A stretch of 45,443 nt of DNA, taken from positions 1 to 45,443 of the forward strand of contig JBBTGV010000052.1 in NCBI GenBank assembly GCA_038041305.1, in the 5' to 3' direction. The notes under the pieces are model-generated. The model made no database searches, was not told the DNA's origin, and worked only from the letters and a program-made list of their open reading frames with translations. A program made the position numbers and the translations under genes. Position 1 is the stretch's first letter. Each line of letters opens with the position of its first letter. The DNA is from Deltaproteobacteria bacterium. Its GTDB lineage: Bacteria > Desulfobacterota > GWC2-55-46. Shown in pieces: positions 41,849 to 45,443 of the stretch.

Positions 41849-43120
41849 ATGAAGGTGCTTTCAATAAACACCGTTGACGCAAGGGGCGGGGCGGCAAGGG
41901 CCGCGTATGCGCTCCACAAAGAGCTTAAAAAAGAGGGCTATTCGTCAAAGATGCTCGTTGGGGAGAGGTTTTCAAACGACCCTGATGTCTTTGAGATAAC
42001 CGGCAGGCATGGTTTTTCAGGGCGAACAGGCGCGCCTTTAAGGCGCTTTTCCGGAAGGGTTGAGGAGTTGACGGGCCTGCAGTATTTTTTTTCAACGGGC
42101 GCCGGGGCTATTTTAAGGCACAGCGCGTTTAAGGAGGCGGATGTGGTGCACCTGCACAACACGCACGGCGGCTACCTTAACCTAAGGGCCATAAAAGAGA
42201 TAGCAGGGCACAGGCCGGTTGTCTGGACCCTCCATGACATGTGGCCCATAACAGGGCACTGCGCGCACAGTTTTGACTGCGAAAAATGGAGGCACGGATG
42301 CGGGCAATGCCCCTATCTCTCAACATATCCGGCCATCTCAATTGACACGACACGGATGCTGTTTAAGGCAAAGAGGGATATTTACGAAAAATCGGATTTT
42401 CTCATTACAGCGCCGTCAAGGTGGCTTATTGAAAAATTCCCTTTAAGCATGCTGTCAAGCAAGGCCGCAAGGCTTGTTCCCAACGCGATAGACGCGGCTG
42501 TTTTTAGGCCAAAGGACCCTCTTGGCGCAAGAAAAAGATTGGGCCTGCCCGCGGACAGGTTTATCGCCATGTTTGCGGCGTCAGGGGGCATAAAAAACCC
42601 GTGGAAGGGCTTTTCGTATATTGTTGACGCGTTTGGGATTTTAAAAAAGAGGTTTAACATAATGCCCTATGTCGTAATCATTGGCGAGAAATCTTTAAAC
42701 ACATCCTCGCTCGGAATTGAGGCAATGAGCGTCGGGGAGGTAGGCAACGACGAACTGCTCTCTGATTATTATGCCGCGGCCGATGCGTATCTGCTTCCTT
42801 CAATAGCGGAGAACAGCCCCTTGACCGCGCTTGAATCCCTTGCAACGGGCGCGCCTGTCATTTGTTTTAACGCGGGCGGGGCGCCGGAATTGGTTTTACA
42901 CAAAAAAACAGGATACATCGCGGCGTACAAGGATGCAAATGACCTTGCGGACGGCATAAGGTGGGCTTTTTCGCTTAATTCAGGCGAAAAAAAAGAGACG
43001 GCAAAAAAATGCGTTGAGTTTGTAAAGGCAAGGCATACGATTGAGGCGCAGGCAAAGGCGTTTTTAGGGCTGTATGAAACCTGTCTAAGGCAAAGGCGCA
43101 ATGGAAACGCCGCTTTTTAG
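41849..43120 (+). CDS. GT4-family glycosyltransferase
   Basis: MKVLSINTVDARGGAARAAYALHKEL is the N-domain. The C-terminal region ENSPLTALESLATGAPVICFNAGGAPELV carries the EX7E motif. ATG 41849 lies behind AAGGGGA. Confidence 0.85.
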   Translation: MKVLSINTVDARGGAARAAYALHKELKKEGYSSKMLVGERFSNDPDVFEITGRHGFSGRTGAPLRRFSGRVEELTGLQYFFSTGAGAILRHSAFKEADVVHLHNTHGGYLNLRAIKEIAGHRPVVWTLHDMWPITGHCAHSFDCEKWRHGCGQCPYLSTYPAISIDTTRMLFKAKRDIYEKSDFLITAPSRWLIEKFPLSMLSSKAARLVPNAIDAAVFRPKDPLGARKRLGLPADRFIAMFAASGGIKNPWKGFSYIVDAFGILKKRFNIMPYVVIIGEKSLNTSSLGIEAMSVGEVGNDELLSDYYAAADAYLLPSIAENSPLTALESLATGAPVICFNAGGAPELVLHKKTGYIAAYKDANDLADGIRWAFSLNSGEKKETAKKCVEFVKARHTIEAQAKAFLGLYETCLRQRRNGNAAF

Positions 43121-44249
43121 CGTCATAACCCCGTCATTAAATCAGGGGCAATTCATTGAGGAGACCATAAAAAGCGTTATATCGCAGGAAGGGGATTTTT
43201 ATATTGAATATATAATAATGGACGGAGGGTCCTCGGACAATACCCTCAATATAATAAAAAAATACGAAGGGCTTTTAAAAAACAAGGGGCAAGGCTTGAG
43301 GTGCAGGGGGGTTGAGTTTAGGTGGGTGAGCGAAAAGGACAACGGCCAGTCGGACGCGATAAACAAGGGCTTTAAAATGGCAAAGGGAGACATCTTCGCG
43401 TGGATAAACTCAGATGACGCATTCTATGAAGGGGCCTTTTCAATAGTGCATAAACACTTTCTGGAAAACCCGGCGCACGACATCGTATACGGCAACGGCG
43501 CGATTATTGACGAGCAAGGCGAGGTAGTTCAGGGCTGGCGTTCAAGGAGGTATGACCTGAAGGCGCTTAAGTCGTATCACTTCAGGTGGCACGAATTTTC
43601 AAACTACATACTGCAGCCCACGGTCTTTTTGAGGAAAGGGGTTTTTGATAAGATCGGGCCTCTTGATGAAACGCTCCATTATGCTATGGATATAGAGTAC
43701 TGGATAAGGGCGGGCGAGCATGGATTAGGCCTCTGCCATATAAATAAGAGGCTTGCGAAGTTCCGCATGACAAAGGGCACAAAGACCTCGTCCTCCCCGA
43801 CCGTTTTCTGGGAGGAGCAGCTTGAGGTCTTCAGGCGCCATAACAGGGATACAAAGATGAGGCGTTTTTTCGCGGAGTATTTTTATAGCTTGAGCATCCA
43901 CAACGGGTTTGACATCCCTGCGGCGAAAAAAGAGTTCAATGCAACCTTAAAAAGATGGGCCTGCCTTCCAGCGGACGAACTTAACGGGCTTAACGAGGAG
44001 GCCGGGAAAGGCCTTCAAACCGGGCTTCTTAAGATTGCAAACGAGGCGTTTTTAAAGGGTGAAAGGGCTAAGGCAGAGATCGCGGCAGGAGAGGCGATAA
44101 TGTCCGCCCCGCTTTTGAGGATGCATCCCTTGAACATGTTTTTTTGCGTTAAAAAACTCCTCGGCAGGAAGGTCTCTCTTATTTTAAGCGGCATTTACAG
44201 AAATGCGCTCAAGACATGCTGGCATATGCGCTATAATACGCGCGGTTAG
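43101..44249 (+). CDS. GT2-family glycosyltransferase
   Basis: FSVITPSLNQGQFIEETIKSV, MDGGSSDNT, GQSDAINKG and WINSDD are present. Confidence 0.85.
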   Translation: METPLFSVITPSLNQGQFIEETIKSVISQEGDFYIEYIIMDGGSSDNTLNIIKKYEGLLKNKGQGLRCRGVEFRWVSEKDNGQSDAINKGFKMAKGDIFAWINSDDAFYEGAFSIVHKHFLENPAHDIVYGNGAIIDEQGEVVQGWRSRRYDLKALKSYHFRWHEFSNYILQPTVFLRKGVFDKIGPLDETLHYAMDIEYWIRAGEHGLGLCHINKRLAKFRMTKGTKTSSSPTVFWEEQLEVFRRHNRDTKMRRFFAEYFYSLSIHNGFDIPAAKKEFNATLKRWACLPADELNGLNEEAGKGLQTGLLKIANEAFLKGERAKAEIAAGEAIMSAPLLRMHPLNMFFCVKKLLGRKVSLILSGIYRNALKTCWHMRYNTRG

Positions 44250-44251
44250 GG

Positions 44252-45220
44252 GTGCGGATGGACAAGGGCGCGGATAAAACAGAGATATCGGCAATCGTCT
44301 GCACGTACAACAGGGCCTCGTATCTGAGGGACGCCGTTGAGAGCCTTTTTAGCCAGTCCCTTGACGAAGATGCGTTTGAGGTGATTGTGGTTGACAACGC
44401 CTCAACAGACGACACCAAAAAAATCTGCGACCGGTTTTTAAAGGGGCACAAAAATTTCAGGTATGTTTATGAGCCGAACAAAGGCCTTTCAAACGCGAGG
44501 AACGCGGGCATTGAACGCGCAAAAGGCAGGTTCGTAGCCTTTACTGACGACGATGCAAGGGCGGACAGGGATTGGCTTAAATGCCTCGTAAACGCGTTTA
44601 ACGCGGCCAATCCCCCACCCGCCTCCGTGGGCGGGAGGATTTTTTTAGAGTGGGAGGATAAGAAGCCCGGATGGTTTCCCGATGAGCTCCTCGGGTACCT
44701 CGGAAGGCTTGATTACGGCGGCGCGCCGTTTTTTTTAGGACCGGACAAAACCCTTTTTGGAGGCAATATCGCGTTCAAAACGGACATTATAAAAGAGGTC
44801 AATGGATTTGACGCCGGCCTCGGCAGGACCCCGGACGGGCTTCTTTCAAACGAGGAGATAAAGGTGTTTAAGATACTCAGACAGAAGAATTATCCCCTGT
44901 ATTACGCGCCGGACGCGGTTGTTTACCACAGGGTTCCAGCTCAAAGGGCAACCGAGGAGTTTTTATACAGGAGAAGCCTCTGGCAGGGCGTCTCGGATCT
45001 GGTGATGCTTAAGGAGGAGAAAGGTTTTTTTTCAATTTGCGCTGGACTGCTGCTGTCCTTGCTCAAGTTTGCGGCGATATCGGGCGTTGCGGCGTTTGCG
45101 CGCCTTGCAACGGACAAGAAAAAGATTGTGTTTTTAACGGCAATGATTAACTATCATCTGGGCTTCTCAATAAAAGGGGCGGGTTATATCCTCGGATTAT
45201 ACAAAGGAAGGCAAGGCTGA
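44252..45220 (+). CDS. GT2-family glycosyltransferase
   Basis: ISAIVCTYNRASYLRDAVESL, VDNASTDDT and FTDDDA are present. It is a paralog of 34139..35038, sharing a similar DRDW / NIAFK...NGFD pattern. The start is GTG 44252 or ATG 44258. Confidence 0.85.
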   Translation: MRMDKGADKTEISAIVCTYNRASYLRDAVESLFSQSLDEDAFEVIVVDNASTDDTKKICDRFLKGHKNFRYVYEPNKGLSNARNAGIERAKGRFVAFTDDDARADRDWLKCLVNAFNAANPPPASVGGRIFLEWEDKKPGWFPDELLGYLGRLDYGGAPFFLGPDKTLFGGNIAFKTDIIKEVNGFDAGLGRTPDGLLSNEEIKVFKILRQKNYPLYYAPDAVVYHRVPAQRATEEFLYRRSLWQGVSDLVMLKEEKGFFSICAGLLLSLLKFAAISGVAAFARLATDKKKIVFLTAMINYHLGFSIKGAGYILGLYKGRQG

Positions 45221-45221
45221 A

Positions 45222-45443
45222 ATGAAGGCAATAGTGAACAAAAACATACTTCTTTTCTATCCCCACAACTTTTACGAGCTAAGTTCGGGGACGCACAGGA
45301 GGGTCTACGACCTGCTTTGCTATTTCAGGGACAGGGGTTTCGTTGTAGACCTTTTGACCATAGACGGGTTTACGAATTCATGGAAAAAAGAGGAGATTCA
45401 GGAAAAAGGGCTGTTTTCAAGCGCAAGGGCCGTCAACTGGGGG
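45222..45443 (+). CDS. Partial ORF (3' end outside window), possibly GT4 N-terminal domain
   Basis: ATG 45222 lies 1 nt after the previous stop. MKAIVNKNILLFYPHNFYELSSGTHRRVYDLLCYFRDRGFVVDLLT... is open to the window end. The assignment is weak and by context. Confidence 0.3.
   Translation, partial: MKAIVNKNILLFYPHNFYELSSGTHRRVYDLLCYFRDRGFVVDLLTIDGFTNSWKKEEIQEKGLFSSARAVNWG

Noticed and set aside
1-45443. Search for tRNA, rRNA, CRISPR arrays, IS elements and integrases
   Set aside because: I saw no T-loop-like GGTTCGAATCC-type motifs in intergenic DNA, no regularly spaced direct repeats, and no DDE, tyrosine- or serine-recombinase-like ORFs. The absence is by eye only and should be confirmed with tRNAscan-SE, Infernal, CRISPR finders and ISfinder.

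Overview
This is a gene-dense 45.4-kb window from a diderm bacterium, judged from lipoproteins, an outer-membrane porin and Exb/TonB-type genes. I recognised no rRNA, tRNA, CRISPR array, transposase or integrase. All calls come from reading the ORF translations and the DNA by eye; no searches were run.

The window splits into four blocks.

(A) 1-7.6 kb is a visibly AT-richer accessory island. It holds a 5'-truncated TIR-like protein and a PD40 lipoprotein plus signal-less M23 peptidase cassette. That cassette is bracketed by direct repeats of a ParB-type HTH gene, one copy being a remnant. The island also carries higBA, a tightly packed DUF5131 (Gp37/Gp68 three-Cys) - TcmP - Fic operon faced by a convergent, apparently leaderless VbhA-like Fic inhibitor, and a third ParB-HTH paralog.

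(B) 7.7-17.5 kb is a nine-gene minus-strand operon. It encodes a MotA/TolQ/ExbB channel, two ExbD/TolR proteins, an AgmX/PglI-type TonB-like protein and TPR/secreted proteins. It resembles the conserved core of the Myxococcus Agl-Glt/Nfs envelope machine.

(C) 17.9-24.6 kb carries tadA, a phosphomannomutase/phosphoglucomutase, small ORFs, an OprO/P-like porin, pstS, a PhoB/OmpR-type regulator and a NIP-like MIP channel. Two Pho-box-like promoters with identical geometry sit in this block.

(D) 24.7-45.4 kb is a Wzm/Wzt ABC-transporter-dependent glycan locus. It contains an EPS-type MarR regulator, rfbD/rfbB, cysC plus a sulfotransferase, three methyltransferases, and GT10/GT2/GT4 transferases. 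It also contains an AsnB-type amidotransferase, a deacetylase and a radical-SAM/SPASM::pyruvyl-transferase fusion.

My best candidate for an undescribed system is the DUF5131-TcmP-Fic / VbhA-like module at 4.6-7.1 kb.
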